Below, in pieces: positions 8,604-16,521 of a stretch of 32,000 nt of DNA. The notes beneath the pieces were generated by a model. The model searched no databases, had not been told where the DNA came from, and was given only the letters and a program-made list of their open reading frames with translations. The DNA is from Brevinema sp. Its GTDB lineage: Bacteria; Spirochaetota; Brevinematia; Brevinematales; Brevinemataceae. Within the stretch, counting starts at the first letter, position 1; each line of letters begins with the position of its first letter. The position numbers and the translations under genes are program-made. The stretch covers positions 71,013 through 103,012 of the forward strand of contig JBOFGS010000014.1 in NCBI GenBank assembly GCA_051649245.1, given 5' to 3'.

Positions 8604-10433
8604 ATGTGTACACAGACAAAATCATTTGACAATCATTATAAAACGACATTAATAAAAATCATCAAAAAATACATAAATAGTATATTTTTTATTATATTGT
8701 CCAGTCAAATTTTTTATATAATAATTCATCTACAATTTTTATTAGGTATTCCTCAGGCTGGTTTATCAGTAACAGATAGTTTATTTATGTTTTTACTTGG
8801 AGTGTTGAGTTATTGTTTATCTAATGGTAGTAAAAAAAGATATTTTTTCATATTATGGTTATGTGCCTTTGCGATTTTTCAAATGCAGTACTTTTATATA
8901 TCAATCTTTGAAAAACCTTTCTTACTCTCTGAAATGAAAAATTATGTTACGTTAATTCAAGTTTCTTCTTGGTTTGAAAGAATATTATACCTTGGAAGTT
9001 TTGGATTTTGGTGTATTGGAGTTATTTATATTATTGGTATTAATATAAAAGAACTAATTTTGCAAAAAAAATATCGCATATCAAAAATTATCCTTATATC
9101 TATCATCTCTATAATTATTTATCATACATTAAATAAAACAATACCCATGTCTGATTGGCTTGGAAACTACACTCAAACTTTTTTTATAAAAGGCATTATA
9201 AAAACTATTCAAACACGAGAAATAAATACGGAACAAATTATTTCAGAAGAAGAAGTTAAGAAAAGTTTCTTACTTCTGAAACAACTGGAATTAAAACGAA
9301 AAGAATTTCCTATTTCAAATTCTCCATTAACAGCTCCTTTAATTAAAAGACCTATTATCATGATTACTTTTGAATCATTTTATGATTATCATGATTTTTA
9401 TAAATTATTTGGTGAAAAAAATCCTTTTCCTAAAGAATACTTAAATTTAATTATGGAAAATACATACACAGGTCCTAACCAAACACATGGCAGTTTCTTG
9501 TCTAGATTTATTCAATTAACAGGAAGTGCTATCATAACATCTCTTAATGAAAATAGGCAACATTTCTATACATTACCAGCTGAGTTAAAGAAATATGGTT
9601 ATACTACATATGCATTAGAAAGTGTCACACCTACTTATGGATTAGAAAAACATTATAAAAATTGGGGATTTAATTATGATCAATATAAAATTTTTGGAGA
9701 TGATTGGAGTGGGAAACACTTAGATCCTTACCTTTTTGAAGAAAAAGTCAATAAAATAATTCAAGATACTCCGTCCAATATTATCCCATTTTATTATGGA
9801 TTTACGTTTTTAGGACATGCCGGTAGCACAAAATTTACAGATAAGTTAGAGGATCCTAAAAACATTGATCAATTTTTAAAATATTTTCCTAAGAACAAAG
9901 AAAAAATAAAAGCAAAACGTTTACTTAAAGCTGCTATTTTTAATGCAAGACGTTTAGTGGTATTCAAAAATAATATTCTAAAAAAATACCCAAATGCTCT
10001 TATTGTTTTCAAGACAGATCATTATTCCTATGAACTCAATCACAGTATACGTAATTCAAGTATTCCAGAAGAATATAAGATAAAATTTTTGAACAATCCT
10101 GCTGGTCTTCCTTTCATAATGATTGATGGAACTAATGGTTTGGTAAATCTTCCAAAAGGATCTCCACCAGCAAATATACCGTTAATAATTTTAGCAAAAG
10201 CTGGTTTACCATATAAAGGTACATTATTATCATTATTTTATCGTGAAAACAATCCAAATATAATAAATATTTATGGAAAATTATTTGATAGAAATTCTAT
10301 GAAGCCATTATTAAAAACTCATCCAGATTATGAAAAATTAGTCAATCAATATAAATCAATAGAAAATATTTCTATTGATTTATATAAGGGAAAAGCATTT
10401 GCTGCAAGGATTATTTCTGAAAATAAAAAATAA
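8604..10433 (+). CDS. Membrane-anchored alkaline-phosphatase-superfamily transferase (sulfatase/LtaS/OpgB/EptA-like)
   Basis: The N-terminal 180 aa or so are multi-TM. The C-terminal domain has superfamily-like motifs: IIMITFESF (metal ligand), NQTHGSFLSRFIQLTGS (nucleophile-SR-LTG pattern) and VFKTDHYSYE (DHG-like). GAGGAG is 9 nt before the ATG at 8604. The TTG at 8598 is too close to the RBS. Confidence 0.5.
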   Translation: MCTQTKSFDNHYKTTLIKIIKKYINSIFFIILSSQIFYIIIHLQFLLGIPQAGLSVTDSLFMFLLGVLSYCLSNGSKKRYFFILWLCAFAIFQMQYFYISIFEKPFLLSEMKNYVTLIQVSSWFERILYLGSFGFWCIGVIYIIGINIKELILQKKYRISKIILISIISIIIYHTLNKTIPMSDWLGNYTQTFFIKGIIKTIQTREINTEQIISEEEVKKSFLLLKQLELKRKEFPISNSPLTAPLIKRPIIMITFESFYDYHDFYKLFGEKNPFPKEYLNLIMENTYTGPNQTHGSFLSRFIQLTGSAIITSLNENRQHFYTLPAELKKYGYTTYALESVTPTYGLEKHYKNWGFNYDQYKIFGDDWSGKHLDPYLFEEKVNKIIQDTPSNIIPFYYGFTFLGHAGSTKFTDKLEDPKNIDQFLKYFPKNKEKIKAKRLLKAAIFNARRLVVFKNNILKKYPNALIVFKTDHYSYELNHSIRNSSIPEEYKIKFLNNPAGLPFIMIDGTNGLVNLPKGSPPANIPLIILAKAGLPYKGTLLSLFYRENNPNIINIYGKLFDRNSMKPLLKTHPDYEKLVNQYKSIENISIDLYKGKAFAARIISENKK

Positions 10434-10456
10434 TTATTTAAAATATAATAAAAAGT

Positions 10457-10485
10457 ATTGACAATTCATACTTTATAGTATATAA
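10457..10485 (+). promoter_or_regulatory. Consensus sigma70 promoter of the tRNA operon
   Basis: TTGACA (10457-10462), a 17-nt spacer, then TATAAT (10480-10485), about 18 nt before the first tRNA. Confidence 0.7.
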
Positions 10486-10503
10486 TATTATACTAATATA
10501 ACA

Positions 10504-10578
10504 CGGGGTATAGCGCAGTTCGGTTAGCGCACCTGCTTTGGGAGCAGGGGGCCGTAGGTTCGAATCCTACTACCCCGA
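10504..10578 (+). tRNA. tRNA-Pro (anticodon TGG)
   Basis: Hand-folded cloverleaf: acceptor CGGGGTA/TACCCCG, anticodon arm CCTGC-TTTGGGA-GCAGG, T-arm GTAGG-TTCGAAT-CCTAC. No CCA is encoded. Confidence 0.9.
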
Positions 10579-10588
10579 AGGGATAGAT

Positions 10589-10662
10589 GTGTCTGTAGCT
10601 CAGCTGGATAGAGCATCGGCCTTCTAAGCCGCCGGTCATAGGTTCGAATCCTATCAGACACG
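10589..10662 (+). tRNA. tRNA-Arg (anticodon TCT)
   Basis: Acceptor GTGTCTG/CAGACAC, D-arm GCTCAGCTGGATAGAGC, anticodon loop CTTCTAA, T-arm ATAGG-TTCGAAT-CCTAT. No CCA is encoded. Confidence 0.88.
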
Positions 10663-10689
10663 TAGTAAATAATATATAGTATTAGTCAT

Positions 10690-10764
10690 GGTGGGTATAG
10701 CTCAGTTGGTTAGAGCACTGGATTGTGGTTCCGGGGGCCGTGGGTTCGAGTCCCATTATCCACC
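10690..10764 (+). tRNA. tRNA-His (anticodon GTG), with encoded G-1
   Basis: An extra 5' G (G-1) sits opposite discriminator C. Acceptor GTGGGTA/TATCCAC, anticodon arm CTGGA-TTGTGGT-TCCGG, T-loop TTCGAGT. Confidence 0.88.
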
Positions 10765-10774
10765 CATATTATGT

Positions 10775-10848
<74 letters not shown>

Positions 10849-10902
10849 AGAAATGTACTAACAATGTCAGTAACTCTCTTCACTTATATATAATAAATTA
10901 AT

Positions 10903-10985
10903 GCGAGAGTGGTGAAATTGGTAGACACGCTAGATTTAGGATCTAGTGCCCAAAAGGTGTGTGGGTTCGAGTCCCACCTTTCGCA
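10903..10985 (+). tRNA. tRNA-Leu (anticodon TAG), class II with a long variable arm
   Basis: Acceptor GCGAGAG/CTTTCGC, anticodon arm CTAGA-TTTAGGA-TCTAG, long variable arm GTGCCCAAAAGGTGT, T-arm GTGGG-TTCGAGT-CCCAC. Confidence 0.88.
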
Positions 10986-11037
10986 AGTATCCCCCTTTTT
11001 TTATGAATTATTAAACTGTAATAATATATAGTATCTC

Positions 11038-11109
11038 GCGGGAGTAGCTCAGGGGTAGAGCATCGCCTTGCCAAGGCGAGGGCCGAGGGTTCAAATCCCT
11101 TCTCCCGCT
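11038..11109 (+). tRNA. tRNA-Gly (anticodon GCC)
   Basis: Acceptor GCGGGAG/CTCCCGC, anticodon arm TCGCC-TTGCCAA-GGCGA, T-loop TTCAAAT, discriminator T. Confidence 0.9.
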
Positions 11110-11116
11110 AGTAGAT

Positions 11117-11144
11117 AAAAAACCGTCCTCATGGACGGTTTTTT
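11117..11144 (+). terminator. Rho-independent terminator of the tRNA operon
   Basis: AAAAAACCGTCC-TCAT-GGACGGTTTTTT, 8 nt after tRNA-Gly. Confidence 0.8.
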
Positions 11145-11188
11145 ATCTTTTCATAAAAATTAAAAAAGAACTTATCAAGGACTTATCA

Positions 11189-11557
11189 ATGAAACAAATT
11201 CTTATTATACGTACAAAATATCCTAATACAAATGGTGTGCGAAAAGGAAAACTTATTGCACAAGGAGCACATGCTTCAGTAACAGCTGTCTTTGATGGTT
11301 TGTCCAAATCACATACAAAACAACATGTGGAAACATGGTTTAGAGAAGGTCAAACAAAAATTGTTGTTTATGTAACAAGTGAAGAAGAATTATTAGATTT
11401 ATGGGATCAAATCAAAAAAACAAATCTTGCCTGTTCACTGATCAAGGATGCCGGAAAGACAGAATTTGGTGGACAACCTACTTTTACAGCTATAGGCTTT
11501 GGTCCTGCTCCTATTGATCAGATTGATCCTATCACAAAAGATTTACCATTGTTATAA
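11189..11557 (+). CDS. pth2: Peptidyl-tRNA hydrolase, PTH2 (archaeal/eukaryotic-type) family
   Basis: The 122-aa protein aligns by eye along its whole length with PTH2/PTRH2: KGKLIAQGAHAS, TKIVVYV, LIKDAGKTEF, TAIGFGPAPIDQIDPITKDLPLL. RBS AAGGA is 7 nt upstream. Confidence 0.85.
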   Translation: MKQILIIRTKYPNTNGVRKGKLIAQGAHASVTAVFDGLSKSHTKQHVETWFREGQTKIVVYVTSEEELLDLWDQIKKTNLACSLIKDAGKTEFGGQPTFTAIGFGPAPIDQIDPITKDLPLL

Positions 11558-11595
11558 AAATTGTATAGGATATCTGAAAAATTCTTATGAACACA

Positions 11596-12561
11596 TTATT
11601 TTTTATGAAAAATCTTGTACACAATGTTACCGTTGATAATCTGAGAAATTATTTTTTTCTCAGAACTTAAAATATCAAGATAAATAGATATTTCATCCAT
11701 AGATTTATCTGAAATAATCATTAAATCTTCAAGAGACATAGAACGACGTTCTAAATTTAATGTAATCGTGTCTTCTACTGAGTGATGATAATTTTTCATT
11801 TCATTACGATGTTTAAACTTACCAATAATCTCAATATTCTTAAGTCCAGATTTTATAAAAGCATCTTGTATTTTATAAAGTGATTCCATTGGTGCTGGTA
11901 CTAGATCGATCTTAGTACCTATACGATCAAGACGATTCAATTGGATTCGTGAATAAGAAATTTTTTGTAATGTATCAATAAAGTGTTGAATCTCGCTATC
12001 AGTATCATTAATATTTTGAACAACAAAAATCTCTAACCACAACTCTTTATTCGGTTGTGCAAGATATTTTTGAGCAAAGATCTGAAGAGAATGAATAATC
12101 TCATCAGTTTTAATTCCTTTCATTGGTAGATCAATCGCATTAAAAACATCCTGTGTAACAGCATCCATTGATGGAGCAACAAGATCCGCCTCCATTAAAT
12201 CATCTTGCACGTCATCTAGTGTCAGCATAACAGAATTTGTAATAACAGCAACCTTTGTTTCAGGATAAGATTTTTTAATAAAATTAATTAACAACCCCAA
12301 TCCAGCATGAAGTGTTGGTTCACCAGATCCTGAAAATGTAATAAAATCAGGAGGATGATTATGTGCCATAAAATGTTTTATTTCAGTAATAATTTCTTCT
12401 GTTGATATATATTCTTTTCGTGTTAGTGTAAAATTATTTGTTGCTCCACATTCACAGTAAATACAATTTAATGGACAAGTCTTAAAAGGAATGAGATCTA
12501 CACCTAATGATACACCTAGTCTTCTTGATGGAATTGGACCGTATAAATGCTTATATGTCAT
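11596..12561 (-). CDS. Radical SAM enzyme, function unknown
   Basis: CPLNCIYCECG (CxxxCxxC) is preceded by YGPIPSRRLGVSLGVDL. A GSGEPTL SAM-binding motif is present. There is no second Cys-rich (SPASM/twitch) region. The C-terminal 70 aa or so look like a small helical/winged-helix add-on. Confidence 0.75.
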   Translation of the reverse strand: MTYKHLYGPIPSRRLGVSLGVDLIPFKTCPLNCIYCECGATNNFTLTRKEYISTEEIITEIKHFMAHNHPPDFITFSGSGEPTLHAGLGLLINFIKKSYPETKVAVITNSVMLTLDDVQDDLMEADLVAPSMDAVTQDVFNAIDLPMKGIKTDEIIHSLQIFAQKYLAQPNKELWLEIFVVQNINDTDSEIQHFIDTLQKISYSRIQLNRLDRIGTKIDLVPAPMESLYKIQDAFIKSGLKNIEIIGKFKHRNEMKNYHHSVEDTITLNLERRSMSLEDLMIISDKSMDEISIYLDILSSEKKIISQIINGNIVYKIFHKK

Positions 12562-12605
12562 AATAATTTCCTTAATAACGTTTTAACATATTATAAAATA
12601 ATTTT

Positions 12606-12642
12606 AAAAAAAAAGATAGAGATAAACCCCTATCTTTTTTTT
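12606..12642 (-). terminator. Rho-independent terminator after the aminopeptidase gene
   Basis: AAAGATAG / CTATCTTT stem with a 10-nt loop, flanked by A9/T8 runs, immediately after the stop at 12645. Confidence 0.6.
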
Positions 12643-12644
12643 GA

Positions 12645-14030
12645 TTATGCATTTATAAAGAATGCTTTGTAGCCTTTAATCATATGATAAAGATCTGCCT
12701 TATTAACCAGTTCATAAGGAGAATGCATCCCCACAACACCGATACCACAATCAATAACAGGAATACCAAATTGAGCAATAAACATCGCAATAGTACCACC
12801 ACCACCTTCATCAATTTTCCCCATTGATGAAGATTGCCATAGCACTTGATTTTCATTGAAAATTTTACGTAATTTACCTACTAATTCAGCAGAAGCATCA
12901 GAAGCGTTTGATTTACCACCAGCTCCTGTATATTTTTTAATGATCAAGCCGGAAGACATATAGGAAGCATTGTGTTTGTCATGAACACCTGGAAATAGAG
13001 GATTAAATGCTGCACCAACATCTGCTGATAAGCAAAGAGAGCGATTAAATGCTCTTCGAAGCTCAATATCTTTATACCCACCTTCTTGTCGGTAAAGAAG
13101 TTCTGCGATTAGATTTGGTAATGCGACAGAATCGCTTCCTGTAATACCTTTTGATCCTATTTCTTCTTTATCTGTAAAAAAAGCAATCATTGTTTTCTGA
13201 GGAATTTCTACTATTTCTGTGATTGCAGTTAATGCTGCATAAGAACAAACTCTATCATCATGCCCATATCCACCGATCATACTTCGATCAAAACCAACAT
13301 CTTTTGTTTTTAAAGCTGGTACTACTTCCAACTCTGCTGATATAAAATCTTCTTCAATCATACCATATTCTTGATTAAGAAATTCAAGAACAAATTGTTT
13401 TACTTTTTCTGTAGCTTCTGCATCCTCAGAAATCATTGTTCCAACAAAAATATTGAGACTCTCCCCTTCTATACCGTCTAAAAGTTTTTTTTCACCTTGA
13501 ATTTTTCGAGATAAGTGTGGCAATAAATCTGAAATAACAAATACAGGATCATTGTCCTTATCTCCAATATGAATCTCTATCTTAGAGCCATCTTCTCGTA
13601 CAACAATACCATGCAAAGCCAACGGAATATTAAGCCATTGATATTTTTTTATCCCTCCGTAATAGTGCGTTTTTAGCAAAGCAACACCATGTTCTTCAAT
13701 CAATGGATGAATTTTTAAATCAAGTCTTGGAGCATCAAGATGGGCACCAATAATATTGGCTCCATTTTTCAGTGACTCTTTTCCTATAACAGCAAGAGAG
13801 ATATTTTTATTTTCGTAGAGATAATACACTTTATCTCCTTCTTTTAAAGAATCTTTAGTAGTGATATCTTTAAAATCATGAGATTCAGCATAGTTTTTAA
13901 TCCAAGCAACTGCTTGACGTTCTGTTCTAACTTCATCAAGAAATAATTTATAAGATTCAGCAGTTTCAAAAATTAATTGTTTTGTATTTATATCGATATT
14001 TTTCCAAATATTAGGACGTTCATATTTCAT
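12645..14030 (-). CDS. M18-family aminopeptidase (aminopeptidase 1 type)
   Basis: Metal-ligand motifs in M18 order: GAHLDAPRLD, GGYGHDDRVCSYA, FTDKEEIGS, LSADVGAAFNP, VGMHSPYE. The start MKYERP at 14030 has GGAG 6 nt upstream. The ORF-track start at 14042 contains that GGAG. Confidence 0.8.
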   Translation of the reverse strand: MKYERPNIWKNIDINTKQLIFETAESYKLFLDEVRTERQAVAWIKNYAESHDFKDITTKDSLKEGDKVYYLYENKNISLAVIGKESLKNGANIIGAHLDAPRLDLKIHPLIEEHGVALLKTHYYGGIKKYQWLNIPLALHGIVVREDGSKIEIHIGDKDNDPVFVISDLLPHLSRKIQGEKKLLDGIEGESLNIFVGTMISEDAEATEKVKQFVLEFLNQEYGMIEEDFISAELEVVPALKTKDVGFDRSMIGGYGHDDRVCSYAALTAITEIVEIPQKTMIAFFTDKEEIGSKGITGSDSVALPNLIAELLYRQEGGYKDIELRRAFNRSLCLSADVGAAFNPLFPGVHDKHNASYMSSGLIIKKYTGAGGKSNASDASAELVGKLRKIFNENQVLWQSSSMGKIDEGGGGTIAMFIAQFGIPVIDCGIGVVGMHSPYELVNKADLYHMIKGYKAFFINA

Positions 14031-14049
14031 AGTGATCTCCATATATTAT

Positions 14050-14781
14050 TTATTTCATTAATTCATTTTGAGCTATGTTTTGTTTTTGACAATAATGAAT
14101 ATAAAAAGCCAAACGTTCTGCATCCATTTGACTCATTTTACGGTAGCGAAAAATGAAAATATTTTCCTTATGATATACAAAGTCTACATAAAGTCGGATA
14201 TTCATATTTTGCAAATACATCAAAAAGTTATCTTCAATTTCTTCTATTAATTCCATTTGTGACAATTGATCAGTTACTCTGATCGCAATTTTAGAACTGT
14301 TAAATCCTTCCAATGTAGCATAGATCCATCTTTTAGTATTTGACATATGGATCGCTACATCATCAATATTTTTATGATGATTATTTGGGGTGACCGTATC
14401 ATTTTGTTGATATTGTATAGATTTGATTGTTTCTTTATCAACACTGAGATTGTGAATAATCATTTCTACAATTTTCGTAGCATCTTCTGAATAAGGAAAG
14501 ACTGCTTGAATCCCAAAATTTTGTAATTTTAGTAATTCTGTTGTAGAAAAAGAAAGATGAAATAAAAAAAATATTTTTGTTTTTGGTGAATGTACTTGAA
14601 TTTTTTGATAGAACTCTACATTTATATCTTCTGTTAACAGCATAGCATCTTTGTGTCGTTGTAAAAGAGCAGGTATTTCCTCAAAAGATTCAGCTTCTAT
14701 GGGGAAAAATTTTTTACTTGACAAAATAATAGCTAAATTATGGGACAATTCACGATCGTAGACACCTATAATAATTTTCAT
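14050..14781 (-). CDS. Hypothetical two-domain protein: pseudo-receiver (REC-like) N-domain plus degenerate PilZ-like C-domain
   Basis: The N-terminal 115 aa or so have a CheY-like beta-alpha rhythm (MKIIIGVYD.., DAMLLTED, KIFFLFHLS, GIQAVFPYS) but lack the conserved acidic pair and Lys. The C-terminus resembles a PilZ barrel (ATLEGFNSSKIAIRV, IFIFRYRKMSQMDAERLAFYI) without an RxxxR motif. It ends 8 nt before the aminopeptidase gene. Confidence 0.35.
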   Translation of the reverse strand: MKIIIGVYDRELSHNLAIILSSKKFFPIEAESFEEIPALLQRHKDAMLLTEDINVEFYQKIQVHSPKTKIFFLFHLSFSTTELLKLQNFGIQAVFPYSEDATKIVEMIIHNLSVDKETIKSIQYQQNDTVTPNNHHKNIDDVAIHMSNTKRWIYATLEGFNSSKIAIRVTDQLSQMELIEEIEDNFLMYLQNMNIRLYVDFVYHKENIFIFRYRKMSQMDAERLAFYIHYCQKQNIAQNELMK

Positions 14782-14822
14782 AGTACTCCACTAAGATAAT
14801 AAAAATAAAATTTTTATTGTCT

Positions 14823-14872
14823 TAAGTAATATATTATTTTTCCGACAAATAATATATTACTTATCGGAAAAA
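14823..14872. repeat. Two overlapping, mutually exclusive perfect inverted repeats
   Basis: IR-A has 17-bp arms at 14823-14839 and 14847-14863 (TAAGTAATATATTATTT / AAATAATATATTACTTA) with loop TTCCGAC. IR-B has 9-bp arms at 14837-14845 and 14864-14872 (TTTTTCCGA / TCGGAAAAA). IR-B uses the loop of IR-A and encloses IR-A's right arm. Confidence 0.8.
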
Positions 14873-14911
14873 TATCTAGTTAAACTAAAGTTAAATCTTA
14901 TCTCATTATTA

Positions 14912-14940
14912 TTGATAAATTTCCAATAACACGTTATAAT
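14912..14940 (+). promoter_or_regulatory. Candidate sigma70 promoter of the OMP gene
   Basis: TTGATA (14912-14917), a 17-nt spacer, then TATAAT (14935-14940). Confidence 0.5.
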
Positions 14941-15014
14941 TATCAACAATAAAAAATAAATTCAATATTTTTTTATAAACATTTTTTTTATGAACAAATA
15001 TAAAGGAGTACTTA

Positions 15015-16118
15015 ATGAAAAATATTTATTTATTAAGTCTGTTCATTTTTCTTAGTACAGTATCATTTGCTCAGGAGTCTACGATCCAATTTCCTAAATT
15101 AGATTTTCATATGCAAATGAACCAAAAACTCTCTCCAAGTATCTCTTATCGAGCACAAACAGATATTGTTGTTGGGGATCAAAGTGGACTAATTTTTGGT
15201 ATTGGTGTTGCTGGGGATAATTTAAATCTTCAGAGTGGATTAAATGATTTGATTACTCTTGATACCATTAAATTATCTATTAATCCTAGCACTCGTTTTA
15301 ATTTTCATACATTTTTTGGTAGACACAAATATTTAGGCGAAGATCGCGTAATACCTCGAGGATTTCAATTTAACTATACTCCTGGATTTAATTATTATGG
15401 ATATCGAGCTATTAGTGGTGCAGGTGTAAGCTTCACATTCCCAATTCAAGATGGACGTTATGAACCAGAATTAATGCTTTATTCAGATAATATTAACGGT
15501 TTAGATTTTTTTAATGCAGATTTTCTCACAACATTTCGTTTTGAACGTTGGTATATGGAACTTTATGCGGGTGTTGCAGCTCCTACTATCGGTTCTTTTG
15601 ATAGTAAAGTTCGTGTACGTGCAGGTTTGAGTATCAATTCAGCATTAGAATATGCAAACGTATACTTTACAGTGTATTTGCCTGCACACTACGGAGACCA
15701 ATTAACAGCTGATGATCTTTATATTCGATTTAGTCAACATCTATTAATTAATGGATTTGAGCAATCATTCTCTGTAACATCATTAGGGAGTGAATCTGAA
15801 AACTTTGCAGATCCTATTGTTGGTTTAAATAACATACCTGACCTTAATATATTTTTATCTCTAGGTGGACGTATTAATAATATTGGATTTGGTGTTGATT
15901 ATGGATTTATTTATGGATTACATGAAAGCGAATTTCGTGTTGATAATCTTGCCCATTTCAATAATCGATTTGGAGCCTATGTTGATTTCACATTCCTCAC
16001 ACTTACTTATAAATTTGGAATTTTCTATAGCTTACCGGATAGCCCATTATATATCCAAAAAGCAGGACCAAGTGCTGGTGATTTAGGATTATATGTCAGT
16101 GTTTATGGTGCTACATAA
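15015..16118 (+). CDS. Hypothetical outer-membrane beta-barrel protein
   Basis: Cleavable signal peptide (LSTVSFA/QE). The sequence is rich in G/Y/F/N with alternating hydrophobic beta-strand patterns throughout. RBS AAAGGAG is present and the gene has its own terminator. I recognise no family. Confidence 0.55.
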   Translation: MKNIYLLSLFIFLSTVSFAQESTIQFPKLDFHMQMNQKLSPSISYRAQTDIVVGDQSGLIFGIGVAGDNLNLQSGLNDLITLDTIKLSINPSTRFNFHTFFGRHKYLGEDRVIPRGFQFNYTPGFNYYGYRAISGAGVSFTFPIQDGRYEPELMLYSDNINGLDFFNADFLTTFRFERWYMELYAGVAAPTIGSFDSKVRVRAGLSINSALEYANVYFTVYLPAHYGDQLTADDLYIRFSQHLLINGFEQSFSVTSLGSESENFADPIVGLNNIPDLNIFLSLGGRINNIGFGVDYGFIYGLHESEFRVDNLAHFNNRFGAYVDFTFLTLTYKFGIFYSLPDSPLYIQKAGPSAGDLGLYVSVYGAT

Positions 16119-16180
16119 AAAACATTATATCAAATATGATGCTAAGTTTAATATATCAAAAAATTAAAAATTAAAAAAAT

Positions 16181-16205
16181 AAAACGCCCTTAAAATAGGC
16201 GTTTT
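16181..16205 (+). terminator. Rho-independent terminator after the OMP gene
   Basis: AAAACGCC-CTTAAAATA-GGCGTTTT followed by ATTT. Confidence 0.55.
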
Positions 16206-16480
16206 ATTTGATTAAAAAGAATATTTAGTACAATATAATGACTTTAAAAGATTATCAGATTTCGAAGAAGATTATGATAACATCACAAGTATCCCTCTTC
16301 TTAATTCTGAAGAAAAGAGTTTAATCATACCATAATTTTTTTTAGTAACAAATGAGTTTTTTTTATATTTTCCCTTATATCCCAGAAGCTTCTCTTCAGT
16401 TAAGAGCCTAAAACCATGTCGCATAGCCCCTTTTTTTATTTAGTATATTATCTGTCAAAATAAACTCACGTATTATATTA

Positions 16481-16507
16481 AAAAAGGAGGATTAAATCCT
16501 CCTTTTT
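16481..16507 (-). terminator. Rho-independent terminator after pyk
   Basis: AAAAAGGAGGA-TTAAA-TCCTCCTTTTT palindrome, 15 nt beyond the pyk stop. Confidence 0.75.
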
Positions 16508-16521
16508 TAATATAATATTTT

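Noticed and set aside
11596-14030. Radical SAM plus peptidase as a RiPP biosynthetic cluster
   Set aside because: The two genes are separated by a terminator. The radical SAM enzyme lacks a SPASM/twitch auxiliary cluster. No small precursor-peptide ORF or transporter is adjacent. The M18 enzyme is a general cytosolic aminopeptidase.
15865-16086. 73-aa plus-strand ORF inside the OMP gene in another frame
   Set aside because: It lies fully within a longer, better-supported ORF and has no RBS.
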